From NCBI GenBank assembly GCA_027622595.1, contig JAQBZZ010000003.1:6014-70013 (forward strand): 64,000 nt of DNA, given 5' to 3'. A program made the position numbers and the translations under genes. This DNA is from Chloroflexota bacterium (lineage in GTDB: Bacteria > Chloroflexota > Dehalococcoidia > Lucifugimonadales > UBA2985). The notes beneath the pieces were generated by a model. The model worked only from the letters and a program-made list of their open reading frames with translations, was not told the origin of the DNA and searched no databases. Shown here one piece after another: positions 54,730 through 64,000 of the stretch (its first letter is position 1; every line of letters starts with the position of its first letter).

Positions 54730-55350
54730 ATGAAGGGCATTCTAGGACGAAAACAGGGTATGACACGCGTCTTCTTGGAAGATGGCGTGGTGGAGCCTGT
54801 CAGTGTCGTTGCGCTTGGACCCTGCGTCGTTACCCAGGTAAAGACCAGGCAACGGCATGGCTACCAGGCGATACAGCTTGGCTATGAAACGGCCAAGAAA
54901 CTCAACGAGCCTGAGGCAGGCCACCTAAAGAGGATAACCCAGTTTCGGCATTTGAGGGAGTTCAGGGTGGACGATCTGGGGGATGCCCAGATAGGCCAGA
55001 GGATAGATGCGGCGATTTTCCAGCCCGGGGACCTGGTGGACATAATCGGCATATCCAAAGGTAAAGGATTCGCCGGAGTTATGAAACGCCACCACTTCGC
55101 GGGTGGGCCAAAGACACATGGTCAGTCAGACCGCGCGAGGGCTCCCGGTTCAATTGGTGCAGGCACATCCCCCGGAAGGGTTTTCAAGGGGACGCCAATG
55201 GCAGGACACATGGGGTATCGCAGGGTCACCGCTATTAACCTGACAATAGTACAGGTGGACACGGAACGTAATCTCATTCTGGTGAGAGGGGCCGTTCCGG
55301 GGGCCAAGAATGGAATGTTAGTGATTAAAGAATCTCGGGGAAAGGCGTAG
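54730..55350 (+). CDS. rplC: 50S ribosomal protein L3
   Basis: MKGILGRKQGMTRVF...GKGFAGVMKRHHFAGGPKTHG. Confidence 0.93.
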   Translation: MKGILGRKQGMTRVFLEDGVVEPVSVVALGPCVVTQVKTRQRHGYQAIQLGYETAKKLNEPEAGHLKRITQFRHLREFRVDDLGDAQIGQRIDAAIFQPGDLVDIIGISKGKGFAGVMKRHHFAGGPKTHGQSDRARAPGSIGAGTSPGRVFKGTPMAGHMGYRRVTAINLTIVQVDTERNLILVRGAVPGAKNGMLVIKESRGKA

Positions 55351-55353
55351 GCA

Positions 55354-56022
55354 ATGCAGCTACCTCTTTTGAACTCCTTGGGAGAAGCCGTTGGTACCAT
55401 CGAGGTAAGCGATGGACTGTTCGATGTGCCCATGAACCAGGCATTGGTACACCAGGTTTCGGTGTCTCACATGGCGAATGCCCGTCAGGGTACCTCGTCT
55501 ACCAAAACACGCGGCATGGTATCCGGTGGAGGGGTAAAGCCCTGGCGACAGAAGCACACCGGTAGGGCCCGGCAAGGCAGCATTCGGTCGCCCCAGTGGC
55601 GGGGTGGCGGTATAGTCTTTGGGCCTCATCCACGGGACTACTCACAACGCATTCCCAAGAAGATGAATCGCGGAGCAATACGCTGCGTCATCTCTCAGAA
55701 GGCACGTGATGAGAAGCTGGCGGTGGTGAACGAGCTCCAGCTTGAGCAAGCGAAGACCAGTGAGATGGCAAGAGTGCTGTCGAATCTGGGAATAACTACT
55801 CCCGCCTTGATCGTGACCCTTAATCCCCAGGACAACGTAATTCGCGCTGCCCGGAACCTTGGCCGTGTGAGGACCATTCCGGCTTCCCAGCTGAATGTGC
55901 TGGACTTGCTGAATCACGACCGTGTTATCATGACGGAACAAGCTGTGCGAAGGGCCGAGGAACTGTGGGCCTCTGCAGATACAAAGGTAGACGAAGAAGC
56001 CCAGGGTCAAAGGGGGGGATGA
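55354..56022 (+). CDS. rplD: 50S ribosomal protein L4
   Basis: GGGVKPWRQKHTGRARQGSIRSPQWRGGG. Confidence 0.92.
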   Translation: MQLPLLNSLGEAVGTIEVSDGLFDVPMNQALVHQVSVSHMANARQGTSSTKTRGMVSGGGVKPWRQKHTGRARQGSIRSPQWRGGGIVFGPHPRDYSQRIPKKMNRGAIRCVISQKARDEKLAVVNELQLEQAKTSEMARVLSNLGITTPALIVTLNPQDNVIRAARNLGRVRTIPASQLNVLDLLNHDRVIMTEQAVRRAEELWASADTKVDEEAQGQRGG

Positions 56023-56026
56023 AGAG

Positions 56027-56314
56027 ATGCACGTATTTGAGGTACTGCTCAGGCCACTGGTCACGGAGAAGAGCACCATCCTGCAGGATGGGCACAATAA
56101 GTATGCGTTTGAGGTGGACACACGGGCCAATAAGGTCCAGGTGAGGGCGGCGGTGGAGGAGTCCTTTAGCGTCAAGGTGACTGAAGTTAACATTCTAGTT
56201 GTCAAAGGCAAGAAGAAGCGGTTTGGACGGAAGGCAGTCCAGAAAGCTTCTTGGAAGAAGGCCGTAGTGAGCCTTCGGACCGGCGACAAGATTCAGCTGT
56301 TTGAGGGAGCTTAA
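56027..56314 (+). CDS. rplW: 50S ribosomal protein L23
   Basis: LLRPLVTEKST...YAFEVDTRANKVQVRAAVE. Confidence 0.92.
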   Translation: MHVFEVLLRPLVTEKSTILQDGHNKYAFEVDTRANKVQVRAAVEESFSVKVTEVNILVVKGKKKRFGRKAVQKASWKKAVVSLRTGDKIQLFEGA

Positions 56315-57139
56315 GTGCCACTAAGGAAAGTAAAACCCACATCTCCTGGCCGGCGTGGCGTTGTCCTGCCGTCCTTTGAGGAGATTACCAAGAGCAAGCC
56401 TGAGAAGTCCCTGCTGCTCTCTCTGCGCAAGAAGGGCGGGAGGAATGCTCAGGGTAAAATTACCGTTCGTCATCGTGGAGGCGGCCATAAGCGAAGACTG
56501 CGAATCATAGACTTCAAGCGGGACAAGGCGGGAGTTCCGGGCAAGGTGGTTTCGATTGAGTATGATCCCAATCGTTCTGCCCGTATTGCCCTGATCCAGT
56601 ATGCAGACGGGGATAAACGGTACAATTTGGCTCCACAGGGACTGACGGTGGGGACCAGTATTGCGGCCGGTCCCAATGCTGAGATCGCTGTGGGTAATGC
56701 CCTTCCCCTGAAGCTGATACCTTCTGGGAGCTCTGTGCACAACGTGGAAATGCACCCCGGGCGTGGAGGGCAACTGGTGAGGGGTGCTGGCACCTCGGCT
56801 CAGGTGCTCGCCCGTGAAGAGAGTCACGTACTGCTGCGCATGCCCTCCGGGGAAGTGCGCCGAATTAATCCGGAGTGTATGGCCACCATTGGACAGGTGG
56901 GAAATCCAGACCATAAGAACATCAAGCTGGGTAAGGCGGGCAGGAAACGCCACCTGGGGCGCAGGCCTGAGGTGAGAGGGTCCGCCATGAACCCAAATGA
57001 CCATCCGCACGGCGGAGGGGAAGGTCGTTCGGGAATAGGAATGCCGGGGCCCAAGACTCCTTGGGGCAAGCCTGCCCTCGGGTACAGGACCCGTCGTAAG
57101 AACAAGAACAGCAGCATGATTGTAAGGCGTAGGCCCTAG
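56315..57139 (+). CDS. rplB: 50S ribosomal protein L2
   Basis: [19 protein letters not shown] and [12 protein letters not shown] start. Confidence 0.93.
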   Translation: MPLRKVKPTSPGRRGVVLPSFEEITKSKPEKSLLLSLRKKGGRNAQGKITVRHRGGGHKRRLRIIDFKRDKAGVPGKVVSIEYDPNRSARIALIQYADGDKRYNLAPQGLTVGTSIAAGPNAEIAVGNALPLKLIPSGSSVHNVEMHPGRGGQLVRGAGTSAQVLAREESHVLLRMPSGEVRRINPECMATIGQVGNPDHKNIKLGKAGRKRHLGRRPEVRGSAMNPNDHPHGGGEGRSGIGMPGPKTPWGKPALGYRTRRKNKNSSMIVRRRP

Positions 57140-57170
57140 AACATGTACGTGACGGGAAAGGAAATAAGGG

Positions 57171-57482
57171 ATGTCTAGATCCATCAAAAAGGGACCATTT
57201 GTTCATCCCAAGCTGATGAAGAAGGTGGAAGCTCTACAACGGAGTGGGGTCAAGGCTGTAATCAAGACCTGGTCCAGGGCTTCCATGATAATGCCGGAAA
57301 TGGTGGGATTGACAATCGCCGTGCACGATGGTCGCAGACATGTCCCCATTTTCGCAACGGAGAACATGGTAGGTCATCGGTTGGGGGAGTTTGCTCCCAC
57401 CAGGACTTTTAGAGGCCACTCCTCCAAGTCCGAGCGTACTACGCAGGTAAGACCTGGCGGGACTAGTGGGACTGGAAGGTAG
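57171..57482 (+). CDS. rpsS: 30S ribosomal protein S19
   Basis: [15 protein letters not shown]...[16 protein letters not shown]. Confidence 0.93.
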   Translation: MSRSIKKGPFVHPKLMKKVEALQRSGVKAVIKTWSRASMIMPEMVGLTIAVHDGRRHVPIFATENMVGHRLGEFAPTRTFRGHSSKSERTTQVRPGGTSGTGR

Positions 57483-57492
57483 GTATATAAGG

Positions 57493-57834
57493 ATGGCTGT
57501 AAAGGCTGTTGCCAAGAACATAGGCATTTCCCCGAAGAAGATGCGCCGGGTGCTCAAGACCGTTCGGGGACAAAAAGTGGAATCTGCCCTGAAGATTCTG
57601 GGCTTTCTGCTTACGCCCGCGGCCAAAGAGGTAGCCAAGGTGGTGAAGTCTGCCGCCAACAACGCGGAGAACAACAACATGATGTCGCAGGGAGATCTCA
57701 AGATAGTTGCCATTCACGCCGATCCCGGGGTCACTCTGCGGAGATTCAGGGCCAGGTCAAGGGGTAAGGCCAGCCGGATTCTGAAACGCACTTGCCATGT
57801 CACCGTCGTGGTCGATGAAGAGGGGGCTGCCTAA
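57493..57834 (+). CDS. rplV: 50S ribosomal protein L22
   Basis: [28 protein letters not shown] before ATG 57493. Confidence 0.9.
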   Translation: MAVKAVAKNIGISPKKMRRVLKTVRGQKVESALKILGFLLTPAAKEVAKVVKSAANNAENNNMMSQGDLKIVAIHADPGVTLRRFRARSRGKASRILKRTCHVTVVVDEEGAA

Positions 57835-58577
57835 TGGGTCAAAAAACTCATCCCATAGGGTTTCGCCTCGGCATAATCAATGACTGGCAGGCCAAGTGGT
57901 ACGCAAACAAGCCGTCGCAGTATCGCGCACTGCTGCAAGAGGATCTGAAGATACGTCATGCCATATTGTCACGTCTCCCGGAGGCCGGCATATCCAAGGT
58001 TGAACTGGAAAGGGGCGCCCAGGAATTGGTGGTAACCATTCACTCCGCACGGCCTGGTATTGTAATCGGCCGTGGAGGACAGAGGGTGGAGGATATACGG
58101 AAGCTCGTTGAGGGACTATCCCACAAACGGGCCAGACTGAACGTACAAGAGATCCGCCAGCCGGAGTTGGATGCTCAGCTGGTGGCCGCGAGTATTGCCG
58201 AACAGTTGGGGCGTAGGATCGCGTTCCGCCGTGCCATGCATCAGTCCGTTGGTCGGGCCATGCAGTCTGGGGCACTTGGTATAAAGGTCATCTGTTCCGG
58301 CAGGCTGGGCGGCATAGAAATAGCACGTCGTGAGAAGGTGATGGAGGGGCGCGTACCTCTCCACACACTTCGGGCAAACATAGACTATGGCCTTGCGGAA
58401 GCCCGCACCGCTATGGGACGTATTGGGGTGAAGGTGTGGATCTACCTGGGCGATGTTTTGCCCGAACCCAAGGTGGTAGAGGTGGAGGCCGAGGAGATGA
58501 GGTTGATTGAGGTTACTGTTGGTGGTCAAGAGGAGCCCGCGGAGGAGTCACTGGATGTTACAACCGAAGAGAACTAA
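57834..58577 (+). CDS. rpsC: 30S ribosomal protein S3
   Basis: [26 protein letters not shown] domain and an acidic C-terminal tail. Confidence 0.93.
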   Translation: MGQKTHPIGFRLGIINDWQAKWYANKPSQYRALLQEDLKIRHAILSRLPEAGISKVELERGAQELVVTIHSARPGIVIGRGGQRVEDIRKLVEGLSHKRARLNVQEIRQPELDAQLVAASIAEQLGRRIAFRRAMHQSVGRAMQSGALGIKVICSGRLGGIEIARREKVMEGRVPLHTLRANIDYGLAEARTAMGRIGVKVWIYLGDVLPEPKVVEVEAEEMRLIEVTVGGQEEPAEESLDVTTEEN

Positions 58578-58983
58578 GTTTCGGAAAATGCATAAAGGCC
58601 GCCGCCGCGGTACCGCGCAGGTGGGCAATCAGGTGAGCTTTGGCGACTTTGGTCTCAAAGCTACCTCAGCTGCTTGGGTCACCGCACGGCAGATAGAGGC
58701 CGCTCGTCGGGCCATTACCCGTCACTTCATGCGAGGTGGAAAGGTGTGGATTCGCGTGTTTCCTGATAAGCCTGTTACAACTAAACCGGCAGAAACACGC
58801 ATGGGCAGCGGAAAGGGCAGCGTGGACCACTGGGTTGCGGTTGTTAAGCCGGGCCGTGTTCTCTTTGAAGTATCCGGCATCGGGCAGGATGTGGCACATG
58901 AAGCCCTGAGACTGGCTTCCCATAAACTGCCTGTCAGTACGTTAATGATATCCCGAGGCGATGGTCAGCAGGCCTCGGAGTAG
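58555..58983 (+). CDS. rplP: 50S ribosomal protein L16
   Basis: [29 protein letters not shown]. Overlaps the rpsC 3' end by 23 nt. Confidence 0.9.
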   Translation: MLQPKRTKFRKMHKGRRRGTAQVGNQVSFGDFGLKATSAAWVTARQIEAARRAITRHFMRGGKVWIRVFPDKPVTTKPAETRMGSGKGSVDHWVAVVKPGRVLFEVSGIGQDVAHEALRLASHKLPVSTLMISRGDGQQASE

Positions 58984-58994
58984 AGGGGATACGT

Positions 58995-59192
58995 TTGGAT
59001 ATTCTGGAAATAAGGGCTCTGACGGACGAACAGCTTGCCGCAGAGTTGGATAGCACTTACAGGGAGTTGATGAATGTTCGCTTCCGCTTGAGCACGCGCC
59101 AGCTCAATAACCCGCAGGAGCTCAGGAACGTACGAAAAACTATTGCCAGGGTGAAGACAGTGATACGCCAGCGAGGATTGTTGGAGAGATGA
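58995..59192 (+). CDS. rpmC: 50S ribosomal protein L29
   Basis: 65 aa with [30 protein letters not shown] start. Confidence 0.9.
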   Translation: MDILEIRALTDEQLAAELDSTYRELMNVRFRLSTRQLNNPQELRNVRKTIARVKTVIRQRGLLER

Positions 59193-59193
59193 A

Positions 59194-59574
59194 ATGCTGA
59201 GAGGACGAAGAAAGACCAGGGTCGGTCGTGTGGTAAGCGACAAAATGGATAAGACGGTGGTGGTGGCTGTCGAATGGCGCCAGACCCACCCCCTTTACGT
59301 CAAATCGGTGAAGCGGATCACCAAGTTCCATGCTCACGACGAGGATAACGCGAGTAAGGTGGGAGACGTGGTGAATATCATGGAGACACGTCCCCTATCC
59401 AAGACCAAGCGCTGGAGAGTGATGCAGGTCATCTCTACTGGAGATATTCCCATCAGCGATGAACTTCTGGAGCTTCCTGAACTGGAGCCTGAAATGGAAA
59501 TGGAAGACCTTGATGAGAGTGAGGGTGATGAGGCGGAGAGCGACGACCAGGCGGATGAGGAGAAAGAAGAATGA
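59194..59574 (+). CDS. rpsQ: 30S ribosomal protein S17 with about 40-aa acidic C-terminal tail
   Basis: [22 protein letters not shown]...[13 protein letters not shown], then [38 protein letters not shown]. Confidence 0.9.
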   Translation: MLRGRRKTRVGRVVSDKMDKTVVVAVEWRQTHPLYVKSVKRITKFHAHDEDNASKVGDVVNIMETRPLSKTKRWRVMQVISTGDIPISDELLELPELEPEMEMEDLDESEGDEAESDDQADEEKEE

Positions 59575-59939
59575 TTCAGGTGTATTCGCGCTTGACTGTG
59601 GCCGATAACTCGGGGGCCAAGGTCATTATGTGTATCAACGTTCCCGGAGGGACAGGCAGGCGATATGCCCGCGTTGGTGATATCATTGTGGCCTCTGTTA
59701 AGGAAGCTACACCGGCCGCCGCTGTGAAAAAGGGGGAGGTGGTTCGGGCGGTGATTGTTCGCACTGCGGCCCCTCACCGACGGGCCGATGGGTCTTATAT
59801 ACGCTTTGATGAGAACGCCGCTGTGATACTCACTGAAAGTTTGAATCCTCGGGGCACCCGCATCTTCGGCCCTGTGGCGCGGGAGCTGAGAGACAAGGCT
59901 TTCATGCGTATAGTCTCTCTGGCTCCGGAGGTGCTGTAG
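59571..59939 (+). CDS. rplN: 50S ribosomal protein L14
   Basis: [17 protein letters not shown]...[11 protein letters not shown]. Confidence 0.93.
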   Translation: MIQVYSRLTVADNSGAKVIMCINVPGGTGRRYARVGDIIVASVKEATPAAAVKKGEVVRAVIVRTAAPHRRADGSYIRFDENAAVILTESLNPRGTRIFGPVARELRDKAFMRIVSLAPEVL

Positions 59940-60250
59940 TGAGGTTCAAGCGAGAGGATACAGTCCAGGTTATTACAGGTAAGGACAGAGGGAAACGGGG
60001 CAAGGTACAGCACGTTTTTCCTAAGAACAGTTCTCTTGAGGTAGAAGGGGTCAATATTATCAAGCGGCATGTCCGTGCCCGTCCCAACGTACGCCAGGCG
60101 GGGATAGTGCAGCATGAGGCTCCTTTTAGTATCTCAAAGGTGATGCTAGTGTGTACCCACTGTGATCGTGCAGTGCGGGTAGGCCATAAAATTTTGGAAG
60201 ACAATCAGAAAGTCAGGGTGTGTAGTTCATGCCGGGAAGTGATAGACTAG
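59939..60250 (+). CDS. rplX: 50S ribosomal protein L24
   Basis: [20 protein letters not shown] (KOW). Confidence 0.92.
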   Translation: MRFKREDTVQVITGKDRGKRGKVQHVFPKNSSLEVEGVNIIKRHVRARPNVRQAGIVQHEAPFSISKVMLVCTHCDRAVRVGHKILEDNQKVRVCSSCREVID

Positions 60251-61230
60251 AAGAGGTCAGCGCCTCGGAGGCTTCTGAGGGAGATGCCAAGGCTTCTCCT
60301 GTAAGAAAGCCACGTGCAAGGCGTGCCAGCGCGCCGGAGACCACTGCGGTGGAGGCTGCCGTCTCCGAAGCACCGGAGGCTTCTGAGGGAGATGCCAAGG
60401 CTTCTCATGTAAGAAAGCCACGTACAAGGCGTGCCAGCGCCTCGGAGACTACCCCTGAAACCACAGAGGTAGAGGCTGCTGCGCCGGAAGCATCGGAGGC
60501 TTCTGAGGTTCCTGCGGCAAGGAGTCCACGGACTCGGCGCGCCAGTACTGCTGTTGCTGAGACAGCAGTAGAGGATGTACCGCGGCCAGCGAGAGCACCG
60601 CGCCGGAGAGAGGCTGAGGAAGAGGCCCCAGCCGAGGTGGCACCCAGGGTCAATAGGGTTCCGCGCCTGTTGGAGCAGTATCGCTCACAAGTGAAGGAGA
60701 AATTGAGGGAAGAGTTTGGCTATCAGAACGTCATGCAGATACCGAAGATAGAGAAGGTGGTTCTTAACATTGGATTGGGGGAAAGCAAGACCAACCCCAA
60801 AGCCATGGAGAATGCCACCCGGGACATGGCGCTGATAACGGGGCAGAAACCCATTATCACGCGGGCAAGAAAGTCGATAGCAGGGTTTAAGCTGAGGGAG
60901 GGGGACCCTATAGGGACCGCTGTGACGCTCAGAGGTGCCCGGATGTATGAGTTCATGGATAGGCTGCTTAATGCTGCACTACCCCGCCTTAGAGACTTCC
61001 GTGGGGTGTCCAGAAAGGCATTCGATGGCCGCGGGAACTACTCCCTCGGTATTCGGGAGCAGGTCATTTTTCCGGAGATAGATTACGGTCAAATAGACCG
61101 CATTCGTAGCTTGCAAGTGTCCATTATCACCACGGCTTCCACGGACGCGGAAGCCATGCGTCTCTTGGACCTTTTGGGTATGCCATTCACCCGTGAAGCG
61201 GCGGGAGTTAGTGGAGACGGTAATGCATAG
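60229..61230 (+). CDS. rplE: 50S ribosomal protein L5, ORF carries a 136-143 aa repeat-rich N-terminal extension (alternative start GTG 60637)
   Basis: The canonical L5 begins about [41 protein letters not shown]. The upstream 408 nt are in frame and contain 3 repeats. Confidence 0.85.
   Translation: MPGSDRLEEVSASEASEGDAKASPVRKPRARRASAPETTAVEAAVSEAPEASEGDAKASHVRKPRTRRASASETTPETTEVEAAAPEASEASEVPAARSPRTRRASTAVAETAVEDVPRPARAPRRREAEEEAPAEVAPRVNRVPRLLEQYRSQVKEKLREEFGYQNVMQIPKIEKVVLNIGLGESKTNPKAMENATRDMALITGQKPIITRARKSIAGFKLREGDPIGTAVTLRGARMYEFMDRLLNAALPRLRDFRGVSRKAFDGRGNYSLGIREQVIFPEIDYGQIDRIRSLQVSIITTASTDAEAMRLLDLLGMPFTREAAGVSGDGNA
60266..60600 (+). repeat. three tandem 108-120 bp repeats (CGGAGGCTTCTGAG...RRAS units)
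   Basis: The unit starts at 60266, 60374 and 60494. Copies 1 and 2 are nearly identical over about 65 bp. Confidence 0.8.
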
Positions 61231-61337
61231 AGGGCATCGCACTGAGGGCACGCCCCAACATATGAAGAGAAGGTTCTTCGTAGCTATAGAATATTGGTTC
61301 GGCGTCATAGTCATATAAATTATTAAGGAAGGTTCAA

Positions 61338-61523
61338 GTGGCCAAGACATCCCAGATTGCCAAGTGGAGAAAGCCCCAGAAGTACACCGTAAGGTTCCAT
61401 AACCGGTGCAACCTCTGTGGCCGTCCGCGGGCTTACATAAGGCATTTTGGACTCTGTAGAATATGTTTTAGGACTCTTGCCCTGAGAGGCGAGATTACGG
61501 GCATTAGGAAGGCCAGCTGGTAG
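61338..61523 (+). CDS. rpsN: 30S ribosomal protein S14 type Z (zinc-binding)
   Basis: 61 aa with [23 protein letters not shown] start. Confidence 0.92.
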   Translation: MAKTSQIAKWRKPQKYTVRFHNRCNLCGRPRAYIRHFGLCRICFRTLALRGEITGIRKASW

Positions 61524-61528
61524 TTCAT

Positions 61529-61927
61529 ATGAATTCAACCGATCCCATAGCCGACATGCTGACAAGAATAAGGAACGCCGTTGCGGTGCGCCATGATACG
61601 GTGTTGGTGCCAGGGTCAAACCCCAAGGTGGCCTTGGCGCGGATAATGAAGGATGAGGGGTTCATTGAGGACTTTGAGATACTAAGGAGCGGGCCTGAGC
61701 GCACCTTGCGAGTCCGCCTGAAGTACCGTGACAAGAAGGAACCGGCCATCTCCGGCCTGAAACGAGTGAGCAAACCGGGACTACGGAGATACGTAGGAAG
61801 CAAGGAGATCACTCGAATATACGGCGGTATGGGAGTGTCCATAATATCCACGTCTCAGGGAGTGATGACCGGGTCGGAGGCCAGGAGACGTGGGATAGGC
61901 GGAGAATATCTATGTTATTTGTGGTAG
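61529..61927 (+). CDS. rpsH: 30S ribosomal protein S8
   Basis: DPIADMLTRIRNA. Confidence 0.93.
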   Translation: MNSTDPIADMLTRIRNAVAVRHDTVLVPGSNPKVALARIMKDEGFIEDFEILRSGPERTLRVRLKYRDKKEPAISGLKRVSKPGLRRYVGSKEITRIYGGMGVSIISTSQGVMTGSEARRRGIGGEYLCYLW

Positions 61928-61931
61928 TAAT

Positions 61932-62477
61932 ATGTCAAGAATAGGTAATAAGCCCATCCCAATCCCTACCGGAGTACAGGTTGAGATTGATGGGGCCAAG
62001 GTTGTGGTCAAGGGTAGCAGAGGCACTCTGACACAGTCCTTCAACCCTGATCTCTCTATCCTTAGGGACGGCGACGTCTTGAGAGTGACAAGGCCCACCG
62101 ACGGCAGGGAGCACAGGGCTCTCCATGGCCTTACCGGCGCGCTTCTGGCCAACATGGTCATAGGCGTGAGCGAAGGGTATCAGCGGAGTCTGGAGTTGGT
62201 TGGGGCGGGCTATCGCGCTCAGCAGTCAGGGGAGAGCATAATACTACAGGTGGGGTACAGCCATCCTGTGGAGATCGTTCCGCTGCCTAAGGTCGTTCTT
62301 TCGTTGGAGGGTAACAACCGCATTAATGTCAATGGCATAGATAAGCAGGCGGTGGGAGAGATGGCGGCCCGTATAAGAAGGGTCCGCCGCCCAAATGCAT
62401 ACACTGGCAAGGGAATAAGATTTGCCGGTGAGAGAGTGCGTCTCAAGCCGGGCAAATCTGCTGGAAGAAAGGCATAG
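61932..62477 (+). CDS. rplF: 50S ribosomal protein L6
   Basis: [15 protein letters not shown]...[11 protein letters not shown]. Confidence 0.93.
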   Translation: MSRIGNKPIPIPTGVQVEIDGAKVVVKGSRGTLTQSFNPDLSILRDGDVLRVTRPTDGREHRALHGLTGALLANMVIGVSEGYQRSLELVGAGYRAQQSGESIILQVGYSHPVEIVPLPKVVLSLEGNNRINVNGIDKQAVGEMAARIRRVRRPNAYTGKGIRFAGERVRLKPGKSAGRKA

Positions 62478-62479
62478 TT

Positions 62480-62848
62480 ATGGCCAGGGTTAAGAATGCC
62501 AGGGTTATGCGTCTTATACGTCACAAACGGATAAGGCAGAAGATACAGGGGACTTCCTTGCGGCCTCGTCTGGCGCTATTTCGAAGTTTGAACAATATCT
62601 ATGCCCAGGTTATAGATGACACTCAGGGAGTTACCCTGGCAGCGGCTTCCAGCCTGGAATCAGAAATTAAAGAGGGCAAGGACTCTCAATCCAAGGGTGA
62701 GGTGTCTATCCTGGTAGGGGCTTTGTTGGCCCGCCGGGCCAAGGAAAATGGGATTAGTAAGGTAGTTTTTGACACCGGTGGATATAAGTATCACGGCCGG
62801 GTGAAGGCATTTGCCGAGGCCGCCAGAGAGGCTGGGTTGGAGTTTTAA
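62480..62848 (+). CDS. rplR: 50S ribosomal protein L18
   Basis: [20 protein letters not shown]...[26 protein letters not shown]. Confidence 0.93.
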   Translation: MARVKNARVMRLIRHKRIRQKIQGTSLRPRLALFRSLNNIYAQVIDDTQGVTLAAASSLESEIKEGKDSQSKGEVSILVGALLARRAKENGISKVVFDTGGYKYHGRVKAFAEAAREAGLEF

Positions 62849-63348
62849 TGTCACAACAGTACAGATCAGAATCTTCAGATATGCAGCTCACGGAGCGCGT
62901 TGTGAAAATCCGTCGCGTCACCAAGGTAGTGAAGGGCGGAAGGCGTCGAGGGTTCAGCGTTATGGTGGTGGTGGGTGATGGCGAGGGCCGCGTTGGCATG
63001 GGACTGGGCAAGGCATTTGCCGTTCCGGATGCTGTGCGCAAGGGAGTGACCATAGCCAAGAAAAACCTGGTCAGGGTGCCTCTGAGCGGGACCACTATCC
63101 CCCATCAGATAATGGCAAAACACTGTGCATCCCTTGTTCTTCTCAAACCAGCCGCTTCGGGGACCGGGGTGATAGCTGGAGGTGCGGTAAGGGCGGTGGT
63201 GGAAGCGGCAGGAATCCGCGATATTCTCACCAAGTCCCTTGGGAGTGCGAACGCCATAAATGTGGTCAGAGCTACAATTCAAGGGCTGACGCAACTCAAG
63301 GACCCTGCTCTGGAGATTGCTAAAAGGAAGGGCGTAAGCCAGTCGTAG
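62848..63348 (+). CDS. rpsE: 30S ribosomal protein S5
   Basis: [38 protein letters not shown]. Confidence 0.93.
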   Translation: MSQQYRSESSDMQLTERVVKIRRVTKVVKGGRRRGFSVMVVVGDGEGRVGMGLGKAFAVPDAVRKGVTIAKKNLVRVPLSGTTIPHQIMAKHCASLVLLKPAASGTGVIAGGAVRAVVEAAGIRDILTKSLGSANAINVVRATIQGLTQLKDPALEIAKRKGVSQS

Positions 63349-63423
63349 TGGTGAGGTTCAGCTAAGAATTAACATTGAGTACTGGTGGTGTGCGGGCTGC
63401 CTACCAATAAGTAAGAGGATACC

Positions 63424-63609
63424 TTGAGCAAGATACGCATACAGTGGAAAAAAAGCGCCATAGGCTACCCAAAGGAGCAGGGTCGAGTGATCCGGGCCCT
63501 TGGGCTTAGGCGTCTCAACCATGAAGTGGAACGGGAGGACAGTCCCGTTATTCTTGGAATGGTCCATAAAGTCAGACATCTGGTCCAGGTAAAACAGGGA
63601 GAGGAATGA
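63424..63609 (+). CDS. rpmD: 50S ribosomal protein L30
   Basis: IRIQWKKSAIGYPKEQGRVIRALGLRRLN. TTG start. Confidence 0.88.
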   Translation: MSKIRIQWKKSAIGYPKEQGRVIRALGLRRLNHEVEREDSPVILGMVHKVRHLVQVKQGEE

Positions 63610-64000
63610 GATTAGACCAGCTAAGAGCGCCTTTGGGAGCTCGCCGCTCGCGAAAACGCGTAGGGCGAGGCAATGGCAGTCAAGGTACGTACTCCGGTCG
63701 GGGCGTGAAGGGCCAAAAGGCCCGCTCTGGCGGTGGGGTGCGCCCGAGCTTTGAGGGAGGACAGCTTCCTCTGGTGAAGCGTCTACCCACCCAGCGCGGC
63801 TTTGTGAACATCTTTAGACAGGAGTACGCCACCGTCAATCTGGATGTCCTTGCCGCCCGGTTCCCTCAGGAATCTGAGGTGACTCCACCGGTTATGAAAG
63901 AGGCCCGTTTGATTCGAGGTTCGAATCTGCGAGTGAAGGTACTGGGTCGAGGCGAGATCGGTCGGGCCGTTACAATCGCAGCCCACAAATTCTCCACAGA
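63606..64000 (+). CDS. rplO: 50S ribosomal protein L15 (3' end beyond window)
   Basis: Manual translation MRLDQLRAPLGARRSRKRVGRGNGSQGTYSGRGVKGQKARSGGGVRPSFEGGQLPL. ATGA overlap with rpmD. Absent from the ORF track because there is no stop in the window. Confidence 0.9.
   Translation, partial: MRLDQLRAPLGARRSRKRVGRGNGSQGTYSGRGVKGQKARSGGGVRPSFEGGQLPLVKRLPTQRGFVNIFRQEYATVNLDVLAARFPQESEVTPPVMKEARLIRGSNLRVKVLGRGEIGRAVTIAAHKFST

Noticed and set aside
56321-57187. 288-aa minus-strand ORF
   Set aside because: Antisense to rplB inside the ribosomal operon.
60266-60600. CRISPR array (also considered for the other repeat clusters)
   Set aside because: The repeats are 108-120 bp, contiguous and in frame, without spacers. 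The other repeats in the window are isolated palindromes. No cas genes are present.

Overview
The window is a roughly 55% GC bacterial chromosomal segment, almost entirely housekeeping. By feel the gene content and repeat families resemble Chloroflexota-type genomes, but I cannot verify that.

**Gene content, in order:**
- Partial DEAD-box helicase, a small SEC-C ORF, and a split secreted-protein gene.
- Two tandem DUF35 plus thiolase-like pairs.
- Sulfate assimilation operon: tauE-like (frameshifted), cysH, cysC, sat.
- uvrC, ispH, a CPA2 antiporter, xer recombinase, lgt, recJ, fabF, cca, ogg, and dinG with an exonuclease domain.
- A decayed IS3 remnant.
- proS, acpP, nusB, fabD, rpmF, yceD.
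- A GAF histidine kinase and a ferredoxin-type sulfite reductase.
- pcm, gatB, secG, a SAM hydroxide adenosyltransferase, and an FAD oxidase.
- cysS, ispF, ispD, yacL-like, and tRNA-Pro.
- The str/S10/spc ribosomal cluster from rpsL to rplO, with no tuf.

**Most interesting signal.** Both sulfur-assimilation loci (tauE-cysH-cysC-sat on the plus strand, and sir on the minus strand about 28 kb away) are preceded by the same compact module:
- a near-consensus sigma70-type promoter;
- an ATG about 10 nt after the -10, so a leaderless or near-leaderless transcript;
- a 16-19 codon sORF with 3 or 4 consecutive Cys codons;
- a stop codon abutting a GGGGC segment complementary to the 5' arm of a strong GC-rich hairpin with a U-tract.

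This is the geometry of a ribosome-mediated, cysteine-sensing transcription attenuator.

**Other notable items:**
- A 7-bp tandem duplication splits a secreted-protein gene.
- The tauE-like gene is frameshifted.
- There are several families of palindromic REP/MITE-like repeats. One hairpin sits in frame inside cca, and another supplies the C-terminus and stop of ogg.
- A membrane protein with 16% Met.
- An rplE ORF with a 136-aa extension built from 108-120 bp repeats.
- A thiolase-like paralog lacking the putative nucleophile Cys.

All calls come from reading the sequence and the ORF track. No database searches were run.
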